Of a stretch of DNA of 64,000 nucleotides, positions 52,356 to 64,000 are shown one piece after another. Numbering within the stretch: the stretch's first letter is position 1; the number at the start of each line of letters is the position of its first letter. The position numbers were made by a program, and so were the translations under genes. The notes beneath the pieces were generated by a model. That model made no database searches. It was not told where the DNA came from and was given only the letters and a program-made list of their open reading frames with translations. Origin of the DNA: Octopus sinensis (taxonomy: Eukaryota); the NCBI RefSeq assembly GCF_006345805.1, contig NC_043001.1:4278001-4342000 (forward strand), in the 5' to 3' direction.

Positions 52356-53127
52356 TATATATATATATAATATATATATATATATGTTTATGTTATACAT
52401 ATCTAGTTATATTTTATGCATATGTGTGTGTCTGTATGTAGGAATGTGTGTATGTGTCAGTTAATTGTTCTGTGTTCGTTTCCTCCTTATAGCTTTGGGT
52501 TATATAATTGGACGAAGACACTTTTGGGTCTGAGTTATGACTTTTCTTGTTAGCTTAATGGTGTAGGTTAAATTTGCAGCACAGACGCACAGACAGGCAT
52601 GCACACACATATATTCACGCACGCACACACACGCATTAATACACACACTCTCACTCATGAACACATAGGTTCACTAACAGGAAGATGTAAGTGGATGTGG
52701 AATTGTTCTTAAATTCTCTGTCGACCTCCTGTGTATATTGTACTCTTGCTCATTGCACTGTGTCTGTTTTATTGTTACAATTTTACAATTCACATACCTC
52801 ACATAAATTCTGTCATGTTCACATCTACACCTACATTCCGTGTACCTGTCCTTTTCTATAGAACAGATATCATGAACAACATGATTGTCATTCTATCCGT
52901 TCTAGTCTGATATTCAGAACCGCAACTATCAATTTTAGTATCGTGTCATGTAAGTTTGTTCTGAAGAAACATACTCTGACATGGCTTTCATAGACATTCC
53001 GCGACTGAGGAGATTGATGCCAGCTTAAATTGTTCTGAGAGGCGACTGAGATAATGTGGCGAAGTTCGATGAAAAATGTCCACTTGTAGGTAAAAAACGT
53101 TTTTGGTGCCAATATGTGTGACAAATA

Positions 53128-53520
53128 GGCGGTGAGCTGGCAGAAACGTTAGCACGCCGGGCGAAATGCGTAGCCGCATTTCGTTCTCAGTTCAAATTCC
53201 GCCGAGGTCGACTTTGCCTTTCATCTTTTCGGGGTCGATAAATTAAGTACCAGCTACGCACTGGGGTCGATATAATCGACTTAATCCGTTTGTCTGTGCT
53301 TGTTTGTCCTCTCTGTGTTTAGCCCCTTGAGGGTAGTAAAGAAATAGGTATTGCATCTGCTGCTACGTTCTGAGTTCAAATTCCGCCGAGGTCGACTTTT
53401 CTCTTCATTCTTTCAGGGTCGAAAAATTATGAACCAGTTCCTAACTGGGGTCGATGTAATCGATTTAAATACTTTGTCTGTCCTTGTTTGTCCCCTCTAT
53501 GTTTAGTTCCCTGTGATAAA
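53128..53520 (+). mobile_element. SINE family B (Meta-domain-like): head plus two tandem body units
   Basis: ggcggtgagctggcagaaacgttagc...gttcaaattcc...gcctttcatcttttcggggtcgataaattaagtaccag; the body restarts at ~53349. Confidence 0.9.
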
Positions 53521-53541
53521 TAAAAAAAAATATATACATGT

Positions 53542-53575
<34 letters not shown>

Positions 53576-53641
53576 CAGAGAGTCAGACAGATAGATATGC
53601 AGACAGACAGACAGACAGATATATATATATATATATATAAT

Positions 53642-53675
<34 letters not shown>

Positions 53676-53700
53676 TAGATAGATAGATTGATAGATAGAT

Positions 53701-53850
53701 AAGTTTCTTTATTGGCCACACAGGGCTGCACACTGATGGGACAAGGTACAAGGTAGAGCTTTTCTTTTGGGGGATGAAAAAAACAAAAAACAAAAGAAAC
53801 AAAAAAGAAAAAAGGGGGTAGCTTAGGTTTTCGATCAAGAAAAGGGAAGA
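53701..53850 (-). mobile_element. Retroposon 3' UTR fragment ending AATAAAGAAAC, inserted in (ATAG)n
   Basis: Minus strand ...ttgtcccatcagtgtgcagccctgtgtggccAATAAAgaaac followed by (TATC)n. It resembles the SINE B tail. Confidence 0.5.
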
Positions 53851-53963
53851 AAAGAACAAAAAAATGAAGAATAAAAAAAAAAAAATAGAAATAAAAAAAG
53901 AAAAGGAAAAGGAAGATAGATAGCTAGCTAGCTAGATAGATAGATATATAGATAGATAGACAT

Positions 53964-54032
<69 letters not shown>

Positions 54033-55237
54033 CAGTGAGTCAGACAGATAGATATGCGGACAGACAGATAGATAGATAGATAGATACACAAAGATAATAT
54101 ATATGAATACATGCATATATTTATGCGCCACATTATGAGTGTGCATGTCTGTGTGTGAACATCATATTCTCTGTGAATTTTATGTATTTCCTATGCTCAA
54201 CTTTCTGAACAACTTTATTTACGTAGATGCTTGTCTTTCCATCTCCAATAATTTGAGAATGAAACCTTAGTCGGTGAACGTTGCGGGTAGAGTAAATTTT
54301 CCATACGTCTGAATCTATATTGACATTTACCTTGAAAACTGCACTAAATGCCCGAGTTCGCAACAATTGCGTGCCATATCTACTGCAATGTTAAAATCGA
54401 AGACGCTATAACACTGAAGAGGAGAAAGGGAGAGAGAGTTAAAGAGAGAGAGAGAGAGAGAGAGAGAAAACCATTCTGAAGGAAAGAGAGGAATGTAGTT
54501 CATCAAAGGAGAAATACAATGGCCGTAGTGGCGTTTGCACTTAATTGATCGCTCCCTCAATAAATAGCGTTTAGGAGTCTAGCGATCCTGAATGTACACA
54601 GTATATTTATCATACTTACAGTCAACAGAGCAACAATGATTGGATACAAGCAAGGAATTATATCTGGTTATTAATTGAGAGCTAAATCCATACTGCATTG
54701 TTGTATGGCAATCAATCAAAATTAAACAGGACCACATGGTTCTTTCCCATTTCTCTACGAAATAACATTTGGTTTTCTCTATGAAATCCGAACGAATAGG
54801 AACTGGGTTGGAAACTCAAATATTTATTCTGCGTAGGATGAATCAAGATATGGTTGAAGGCACAGTAAGGCAATTATTTATGGCTAAATTAAAGTCGAAT
54901 GAAATGTTTTATTGAGTTGTATGCTGAAGTTGATATTTGCATGCATTTGTATATAAGTGAATATTATTTGGAAAGAGACGGAGTGGCAGTAGGAGAGAGG
55001 GAGAAAAAGAGAGACAGGCGAATGGTGAAGTACTAGAGCTCATATTATGTTTGTAATTTCTGAAGAAACTATTGACTTTTAAAACATTATTATCAAAATA
55101 GAATTTAAGAAATTTAAGGCATACGAACGTATGCATATAAAGAATATGGCACGAATAAATAGAAGTACGTACATGAGGATAGGTAAATACTTGCGTAAAT
55201 ACATTCATACACTTGTATAGGAATTTATATGAGTAAG

Positions 55238-55460
55238 GCGGCGAGCTGGCAGACACGTTAGCGCGACGGGCGTAGTGATATTTCGTCTGCCGTTACGTTC
55301 TGAGTTCAAATTCTGCCGAGTTCGACTTTGCCTTTTATCCTTTCGGGGTCGATTAAATAAAGTACCAGTTTCGCACTGGGGTCGATGTAATCGATTTAAT
55401 CCCTATGTCTATCCATGTTTGTCCCTACTATGTTTAGCCCCTTGTGGGCAATAAAGAAAT
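55238..55460 (+). mobile_element. SINE family B, single unit
   Basis: ggcggcgagctggcag...ttctgagttcaaattc...cctttcggggtcg...agccccttgtgggcaataaagaaat. Confidence 0.9.
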
Positions 55461-55994
55461 ATATATAGGAATATACATGCGTGTGTGCGACTGTGTCGTA
55501 TGAAAGAACGTCCATGTATAATACAGGTAAACACACACACGGGCACATTAACGCAGGTATATCAATGTTTGTGTAGTTATAAAATCTGTTGCTTAGTATA
55601 AGTTCAATTTTCTGTTTCTCTAATTCTTCCTCATTCACCGTTTTCGATCTCGTTCCAAACTATTTTGACATTGATTAATAAGTGATCCATAAAGGTATGA
55701 ATGAGAACATGCAGTTAATCCATTTCTTTAATCTATTCACTAATTAGCTGCAAATGTTTTCTAGCAAATCTCTTATATGATGTACATAAATGAATCGCGA
55801 GCGCCCCTTTTTAATGTACGAATAATTAAACAATTAGCGTGAAAATCAATGCGCTAACATCACCAGTTAACTCTAAAATATGCGCGCACTCGCACGCACA
55901 CACACACACACACGCACACGCACACACACACACACACACACACAACACATAACAAAGATACAGAGAGAGAAAATCAGATCATTAGGTGTTAACT

Positions 55995-56310
55995 TCACCA
56001 TACATGTACACTGCAACATAATTTCTTTTCCTCAACAGGCCCTGCCCTATTTAACATTGTCCCAAGGGAGATCAAAGAGGAAAAGGATCCCATCAACTTT
56101 AAACAGAGTCTGGATAGATTTCTTCAAAGAATACCAGATAAGCCACCCATAATTGGATACAACTCACCCAACAAGAACTCACTACTTGAACAAAACTTGA
56201 CTTAAACAGGATTCGAATAATCCTATCAGGTGGTGCTATTAAGTTAGACATGGCCTGGACCAATCTTTGGTCGAAACATATCTAAGTTTATCTAAGTCTA
56301 AGTCTAAGTT
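55995..56310 (+). mobile_element. 3' end of a CR1/L2-like LINE with a 3' stem-loop and (TCTAAG)n tail
   Basis: HNFFSSTGPALFNIVPREIKEEKDPINFKQSLDRFLQRIPDKPPIIGYNSPNKNSLLE (GPxLFN...FKxxLDxFL..PDxP). Then the hairpin gacca-atctt-tggtc and tctaag repeats. Confidence 0.8.
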
Positions 56311-56383
56311 TACAACGAGGACGTTCATTTCTGTTGTATCAATATATATTTAGATACAAAAAAAATATATTAATATATAGAAA

Positions 56384-56972
56384 GGGCAGCGATCTGACAC
56401 AGTCGTTGGCACGCCAGGCGAAATGCTTAGCAGTATTTCGTCTGCCGTTACGTTCTGAGTTCAAATTCCGCCGAAGTCCACTTTGCCTTTCATCCTTTCT
56501 GTGTCGATTATATAAGTACCAGTTATGCACTGGGGTCGATATATACACACTTAATCCGTTTTTCTGTCCTTGTTTGTCCTCTCTGTGTTTAGCCCATTGT
56601 GGGTAGTAAAGAAATAGGCATTTCGTCTGCCGTTACGTTCTGAGTTCAAATTCCGCCGAAGTCCACTTTGCCTTTCTTCCTTTCTGTGTCGATTATATAA
56701 GTACCAGTTATGCACTGGGGTCGATATATACACACTTAATCCGTTTTTCTGTCCTTGTTTGTCCTCTCTGTGTTTAGCCCCTTGTGGGTAGTACAGAAAT
56801 AGGTATTTCGTCTGTCGTTACGTTCTGAGTGCAAATTCTGCTGGGGTCGACTTTGCCTTTCATCCTTTCCGTGTCTATTATATAATTACCAGTAATCCTC
56901 TGGGGTCGATGTAATCAACTTAATCGCTTTGTTTATCCTCTCTATGTTTACACCCTTGCGGGCAATAAAGAA
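56384..56972 (+). mobile_element. SINE family B: head plus three tandem 185 bp body units
   Basis: Units start at 56434, 56619 and 56804; the first two are nearly identical. Confidence 0.92.
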
Positions 56973-57275
56973 GTAAATATATACAAAAATAATGTTAACT
57001 CTAGATATTGAAGGTGATCCAAAATTATGTAAATTCAAAGTGCTCCAAGGAAATATTTCCAGTACACGAACGAAATACAAAAAGAGCTTTAAGAAAAATA
57101 CCGTCGAAGAAAAACAATTTTTATTGATATCTTGGCGACATCGGTGGATGAGGAAAGAACAACAAATATACATATGAATTCTACGACAATTAGAAACATG
57201 GACATTTCGTCTCGACAATTACTTAACCATTTAGTAAATATAGCAAACACTTTTAGAAAAAATATGTCAGTTATA

Positions 57276-57671
57276 TCTTTATATATAAAAGTGAGGTTGT
57301 GTGCTGTCTGTCTCCTACGATTTAGATTCCTAACTACTCCCACATTTTGTGGTGCAGTTTAACCAAAACCGGGTATCTTATAGTCGTGATTCATATCGAG
57401 CCCTTATGGGTATTAGCGCGCGTCTACGATGAGTCTACGATTTAAAAAAAAATTACCATCAATTTTTCCCATTTTTAATGAATTTTTGGCATATATAAGG
57501 GAAGTAACTCTCTAAAAATTTATTATTACATCTCAGAACGTAAAAAGCTACAGTAACACTCTCCCCTTTGTGGTTAGCCATATTGAGATGACTATTATAC
57601 TTTACATCTCTAAAAATGCTTATATAGTTATTTCCCTTACAAACCTGAGCAACGCCGGGCAATACTGCTAG
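57276..57671 (+). mobile_element. Non-autonomous Helitron, copy 3 (396 bp)
   Basis: A|TCtttatatataaaag...cctgagcaacgccgggcaatactgCTAG|T; collinear with copy 1. Confidence 0.9.
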
Positions 57672-58860
57672 TAGTATATGAAAAAACAATAAACGTTATT
57701 AGTTACAACATCGTCCAATGTTGGCAATTTTAGATATGATCTTTGCTTTGAAGACATGTATATAATTACCTCTAAATTAATATAATTAAATATTAATGGT
57801 AATTTTCCAAGGAAAATGTCGTTACAAATTGTGAAAGTCATTAAAATATTTCAATTATTAATTCTAATTGCATTTAACATTTTTGTTATGATTATCTACA
57901 AAGGAAACATGCACATCCGAATAGGTATTCATTGGTGGCCTCTAACATGTTCTGGTGGCCTCTACAGTATTTTCGTTACTTCCAACATATTTTGGTGACC
58001 TCCCAAATGTCGCGTCTCGACAGATAATTTCGCAGTATGCCCACAATCCCACTGAGCGCTTTATCCACTGTGTGATATAAATAAGGAGTGAGAGTAAAGT
58101 GCAGTGGCTTTATTACACTCTCAACGCAACGCCAGTTTCGGTGAATTTAACAATTTCATAACAATTGCTTGCCGAATATAAAAACCACTGCGCCATTCGA
58201 CTTCAAATTTCCCAGTAGGTGGGTGCGTGCTTGAGTGTTTGTGTGTGTGTGTCAGTGAATGTCAACTTGGTGCCGTAAGAAAAATAATCATAACCATAAA
58301 CTACGCCAATTGAAATATATTCGTATTGCCAAGGCATTAAGTTGACACATATCATTTAAAATGAATTATGGAGTAATCGAAAGATGGTACCAAAACCAAC
58401 CGGAATGTGAATCATACATTCATAATTTTACGTATGTTCAATACTACAGATTTGCTTGTCAGTTACTGAACCATAACCAGTTGAGCGTGATCCTTGGCGG
58501 CTGACAATAAGTGCATCTCAGAGAAGTAAAGGAGGAGCATTTTAGTGATGTATTGAGAGGAAGTATTTGCGGTTTGAATAATTCATCTCAAAAATTATGG
58601 GGGTTTCGTACATCATCTTTAAAGAAATCTTATTTAAGGACCTTTTGAGCGGGAAGAGCTTATGAGTTTGAAGAAAATTCTAACTGGGCCCCACCTGAAT
58701 ACACTATTTACTTTGATATGATATACCCATGTCGTGCACATATGATTGTGATTGATGTGCCTGGTGTACATTTATCAGACTGGTTGTCATGGTGGGATTA
58801 CTAGGTTTCTTATAGTTTACCCACGTGACACTTTGATGGCATGCGCTGCTTTCTGACTGA

Positions 58861-58998
58861 ATAACAACAACAGCAGCAACAACAACAACAACAATAACAA
58901 CAACAACAACAACAACAATAATAATAAGAAGAAGGAGGAGGAGGAGAAAGTGAAGAAGAAGAAGAAGAAGGAGAAATATGAAAGCAGTAGTAGTAGTA
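58861..58998. repeat. Compound trinucleotide tract (CAA)(TAA)(GAA/GGA)(TAG)
   Basis: Directly visible. Confidence 0.9.
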
Positions 58999-59064
58999 AC
59001 GGTGGTCATATAGTCACAACTAATAATAAAAGAAGACATTGAACCGGTCAGTTAGTATATATAG

Positions 59065-59103
<39 letters not shown>

Positions 59104-59418
59104 GAGATTTTGCTTTTAATGAGTGAAAAGCAATTTCGATATTTATTCCTATCATCGTCTGCAGTGTTGTTGCAGGCGATTCTTTTGCCTGCAAATGTGA
59201 CATAAATAACGGTGAAAAGTGATGTACTAATGTATTTATGGTTCTTGTTTTTAAGTTACAATTCTTATTTGTTTGTTTTTTTAGTAAATCAATAATCAGC
59301 TAAAATTTAGTTTCAGTCAAACATTAATTACTTAATGTGAATAAACGAAACGCAAATACATACTGACATACATACACACATGTAAACATTCACAAAAATG
59401 CAAACTTACACACTTATG

Positions 59419-59460
<42 letters not shown>

Positions 59461-59480
59461 CATGTGCGTGATTTATTATG

Positions 59481-59520
<40 letters not shown>

Positions 59521-59545
59521 GTGCGTGTATGTATATATGTATATG

Positions 59546-59594
<49 letters not shown>

Positions 59595-60743
59595 ATATAT
59601 ATATATGTATATATATATATATAATATATATATAATACATATTATAATGTATCGATATATATATATATTCTATATATATATATATTTATGCATGTATATG
59701 TATGCATATATATATATTTATAGATTTATACGTTGATACATAAATAGATACATACATACATACATACATACATACATACATGTCTGTATATATGTCTGCA
59801 CATGTACTCAGACACATTCAGGCATGCTCACGCAAACACGTACACACATATACATACCTACATGTCCATATCAAAACGATACAAAATTTGACAATACACA
59901 CATCAATTAAGCAATAATGACATACACCAATTTCCTATTAATAAATTGAAATAATTTTCACATAATTATACACTCAAGAAAAAAATAATATTTTTAAAGC
60001 AACAAAAAATAAAAACCAGAAATTATAAATAAAAAAAACAATTAAGAAAAAACATTCAGTTAAAATTCTTCTGTAATTACTCGTATAGCCGGGAAATTAT
60101 TTTATATTTTCGGCAATAACTTAGAATAAATTTAGTAGCAAAATATTGGAAAACACTTTAAAAACTATTTAGAGAATCATCTGTCAGACATAAAATGAAA
60201 TGTGTTACAAATAAAAACATCAGAAATCAAATATGCTATGATCACTTGTCTTAATGTAATGGGTTGTATATAGCTGGTTTTTTTAAACATGTAAAATACA
60301 GAAAATAAAAAATAACATCAACTAAATTAGTCTTAAGACGACATTAACCTCACTTGTTGCTCACTATTGAAATTAGTGAATCATAAATACTTCATATCTT
60401 GCAATATATATATATAGATGTAAAATCATATTTAACACGCTAATGTTTATAATCGAAAGTGAGAACAACTTTTGCGCTCGAAATAGACTCCAGAGAAAAT
60501 TCTCATAACACCCAACGTGTGTGAAAACATGATTGATGCCATTTCTGCAGCGAAAGTGATTCCCATTCCAAGAGTACATAATCATGTTATAAATGATAGT
60601 ACCGCATATTCTAAGACCCCCAGAAAGCTACCCTCCCAGGCAAAAGGCGGGCAAGGTTGTTTATGGAAGACCAGCAGTCGCCCATACATACCGGCCTCCA
60701 CTCACCACGCCACCAGTGTTATCCAAGGGAAAAGCAAAGGGGC

Positions 60744-60892
60744 GACGTCGCAACCCATTTCTATAACTGAGTGAACTGGAGCAACGTGAAATAGAGTGTC
60801 TTGCTCAAGAAGAAAACACGCAACCCGGTCCGGGATTCGAACTCACAACCTCACGATCGTAAGCCCGACGCTCTAACTACTGAGCCATGTGC
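60744..60892 (-). mobile_element. tRNA-derived SINE family C head and CORE-like segment
   Basis: Minus strand: A box tggctcagtag and B box gttcgaatcc, then cttgagcaagacac and ccagttcactcag. Confidence 0.8.
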
Positions 60893-61668
60893 ATATGTTT
60901 TATTCAGAACAACATGGATTCCCTATAGCTGAGTAGTTGTACTTTGACAACTCTTTCGTGCATTAGCAAATGTGATATGTGTTGCCTTTACTGTGTTGAG
61001 TCAAGTGTTTTCTTCTATATTGGTCAAACAATTGCTTCAGTCGTCAAATTACAACAAAAGCAGCGAAGCATTGAAAGTAGAGGTCACCGTACTGCAACCT
61101 CTGAAGCGATCTTTGTGCCAGATTTTTATCCTACGCTGAGGCCTGTGATTGTCCTTCGAGCTTCACTAGAGCTTCCGATATGCCTTGGGTTATGAAGTGT
61201 CGTTAACGCAGGAAGGAAAACTTGGCTGTGAACAACAGATAATCGGAGATACCAAGGTCATCCAGGCGATGCAAGACGATGGCCTCTACATCGAATGCTA
61301 TACTGCTTCTGATATGACTTAACGAATACAGTAAATAATTTGACTACACCTTGCAAAACCTTTCACTGAAAACAATATAACTGGGAACAGCTGTTATTTG
61401 AGGCCAGTGAGCAAAGGATTTGTCATTCGTCGGTGACGAAGTGTATATAAAAGAAACGCATGCGTTGTACGTTTCAATGGCATCATTAATATATTAACAA
61501 TATGTTTTTCACAGATATTGATTCTCTGCAGAATTTACTCCCAAAACTAATCCTGCACAGAAAGAACTTATCACGACCAAGGGTTAAATGTAATTGCACG
61601 CTTGTATATTTAACATTAATTACATTATTTACATTTGACGGATATTTGTCCTCGTCTTGTTTGTTGTT

Positions 61669-61714
61669 AACACAACGTTTCGGCTGATATACCTTCCAGC
61701 CTTCATCAGGTGTT
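61669..61714 (-). ncRNA. Minimal type I hammerhead ribozyme motif with intact core
   Basis: aacac-CTGATGA-a-ggctg(gaaggtatat)cagcc-GAAA-c-GTT-gtgtt. Stems I and II are perfect 5 bp helices, stem III is the palindrome (A)ACGT(T), and the triplet is GUU. Confidence 0.85.
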
Positions 61715-61796
61715 TGAGGAAATTTCGAACCTGGGTTCTCATTCCTAACATCGAAAAGTACCTTAGGATTGAGAACACATGTTCGAAATTACCCCA

Positions 61797-61843
61797 AGAG
61801 ATATGATGAATACTGAAGGGTCTATCAGCCGAAACGTTGTGTT
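61797..61843 (+). ncRNA. Mirror hammerhead copy, decayed in its 5' half
   Basis: agagat-ATGATGA-a-tactg(aagggtctat)cagcc-GAAA-c-GTT-gtgtt. Confidence 0.5.
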
Positions 61844-62249
61844 AACAACATACAATTATTCACATTTGACAAATATCCATCAAATGTAAATAATGTAAAT
61901 AATGTATATAATTCCTCATCTCTCAAATATAGAAGTGTTTTGTGTTATATTTTATATTCTCAATGTCATCATGTGTATTCTGCCCATATTTTGCTGATTT
62001 AGTGCTGAGTTGCAATTTGTGCGTTTCAGAGAAATTACAGTAGAAATGGATTAACATATCTTCGTAACTAAATCCACAGGGTACAAATACTTGGTGCTAT
62101 TGGAACGAGATTGTGTAGTTTAATAAAAGTCTATGTCATGAGAAATGTCTTAAATGAAATATTTAACTGGTGAATTATCCTTCTTTTTTAAGCGAATAGC
62201 TCAAGCTTTTTCTATCGCCTGCTTGATTTGAATTGTCGGTGGCATTTGA

Positions 62250-63450
62250 ACTTTGGCAGGTAAACGAGGATGGAAATCTGCAATGTATTTTGGCTGGTGC
62301 GGTAACCATGCAGAAGTTTAAATATGTCATCCGGCATTCCAGGAATGGAACTGATTTACAGAGTCAATTTGGCGAACAGCAGGTTGAGTCCATTGTCTAA
62401 GAAGAATGGTCCGAAACAGTACCTGGTCGTTTTCACCAGATGAGAAGAATTGCCGCTAGTTAACAGAGACTTAATTACACAAGATCATAGTAGAAAGACC
62501 ATCAATCTTTCACAGATGGTGGTTGCTCAGATATACGCACGGCTTTTTGGGTTTTGTCAATATAGAGTCAATCGCTTCTATATTCGAGGACTCCGACACT
62601 ATGACTGTAATATTGTCAGCGTCTGCAGATACGATTCTTCTGTGAACGAGATTCAAAGGTAAACAATTGAAAAGAGTCAGCTTTCGTCGCAAAGGCTCCA
62701 ACGGAAACGCAAGGAGAAGGAACATTCCCCGCGGATTGAGCGTTCGAAGCTAAAACGTTTCAACATGTGGCCGTAAATTTGACCACCGTGTGGATGCCGT
62801 TATGAAATATAGCGATCCAGTGTCAAAACCGACAGTTCTCAGGGTTCGCCGAAAAATAACGATGTTCCATCATATGAAATGCAACGACTTAAGCATCACA
62901 ATATCTTCAAGAGTTTATGTAAATCAGTGTGTGAGTGGAGAGGCTTTTAGTTGACTCCAAAGTCGAAGGTATATCAAGCAGTTATACTAAAGATGTTACT
63001 GTACGCCTGGGAGACCTGAACTTTTTCGAACGGCACGCCACTAATCTAAACCGCTTCCACACGGAAAGTCAGCTAAAGCTGCTGAAAACCACTTGACAAG
63101 CGGAGGGATCAGTCACGGAGGTGCTTTCTTGAGCGGTTCTGTAAAGCATGTACAAAATCGAGGAGAGGGTTAGTCGCATGGGCAGGCAACATTTTTCGAA
63201 TGCCTGTGAGGTTACTTTCCAAAATACTGCTTTACAACTAACCGGTGGAAGGCTTTTGCAGGCAAGGGGGAGAGAACGTTACAACTACACACTCGAAACC
63301 TCGCTCAAGTGCATCGAGATAAACTTTGACCCCTCGAGAATGCAATCACAAGCTTGTCCAGCCTGCCAAAAATGCATCAATTTAGGTACCACATCCTCCG
63401 AAAGTTACTGGGTTGTAGAGACACAAATAAACGGTAGCGAAAACTCTTCC
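62250..63450 (-). mobile_element. Decayed L1/Tx1-clade LINE RT region (outer boundaries approximate)
   Basis: RSIRGECSFS (~SVRQGCPLSP), LAFPLEPLRRKL (~LYxLxLEPLLRxL), VSADADNITVIVS (~SAYADDITV). Confidence 0.7.
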
Positions 63451-63623
63451 CCGTGCCAGCATAGTATCAGTCCCCGAACTGTGACAGAGACTTCAAAGTA
63501 TATAACTGAATGATCGGTCACAGCCGGATGGGCACACCATGACTCACCTTCTTCTCTCATAGGATGTCTTTCGTCATCATCAACAACGACTGACAAATTA
63601 GTAATAATAATAGTAATATATAC

Positions 63624-63706
<83 letters not shown>

Positions 63707-64000
63707 CAACAATATATGCATATATATAGGGAATCTATACGAAAGAAACAACAAAAAACGAAGCCTGGTGGTGTACAAAACAAACAGATGTATTAGTATA
63801 ACGCTCATAAATAGAAAACGTCTTTACATTATATGCTTTTATATATATATATATACACTTTATTATGCTGATATCCGACGAACGGGAACGTGAAGCTCTG
63901 AGTAACAGTTTTGGTGTTGTTTTGGCAACTTTATTAATAAAGCATACTACTTTACCTCCTGTATTCGAGTACTGTTTTTGTTCCATCTAACTCTCGTATA

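Larger units (their letters stand above)
61621..61935. mobile_element. Inverted pair of Penelope-pLTR-like units (61621-61747 / 61763-61897), each with a hammerhead motif
   Basis: tacattatttacatttgacggatatttgtc...aatttcgaac...ttctcattcctaa mirrors ttaggattgagaac...gttcgaaatt...gacaaatatccatcaaatgtaaataatgta. Confidence 0.85.

Noticed and set aside
56020-56040. Splice-acceptor-like tttcttttcctcaacag before an open frame
   Set aside because: It is in-frame LINE coding sequence (FFSSTG), not evidence of a host exon.
56244-56286. ttaga...gacca/tggtc-GAAA-cata-tctaa resembling a hammerhead right half
   Set aside because: The left core is catggcctg, not CUGANGA. It is better explained as a LINE 3' stem-loop plus tail.
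60820-60892. tRNA gene
   Set aside because: It has A and B boxes but no proper acceptor stem and continues into a SINE body.

Overview
AT-rich, microsatellite-dense eukaryotic non-genic DNA with no recognisable host exon. The SINE/LINE families and the abundance of (TA)n, (CA)n and (ATAG)n suggest an octopus or other coleoid cephalopod (inference). Almost all ORFs in the track are translations of microsatellites. The interpretable content is a patchwork of transposon remnants: a 5'-truncated Dong/R4-type RLE retrotransposon sitting in a (TAA)n tract, mariner and Chapaev3-like DNA transposon fragments, RTE, CR1/L2 and Tx1/L1 RT remnants, Penelope-like fragments, three tRNA-derived SINE families, and three copies of a ~395 bp non-autonomous Helitron (A|TC...CTAG|T). 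The strongest unexplained signal is about 12 minimal type I hammerhead-ribozyme motifs from about 7 sequence families. Most have a palindromic, dimer-type stem III, and they often occur as inverted pairs inside long fold-back repeats. They include a G3-C8 covariant core (GUGAACA) and an A6U core (CUGUCGA). All motif calls and alignments were made by eye; none were computed or tested.
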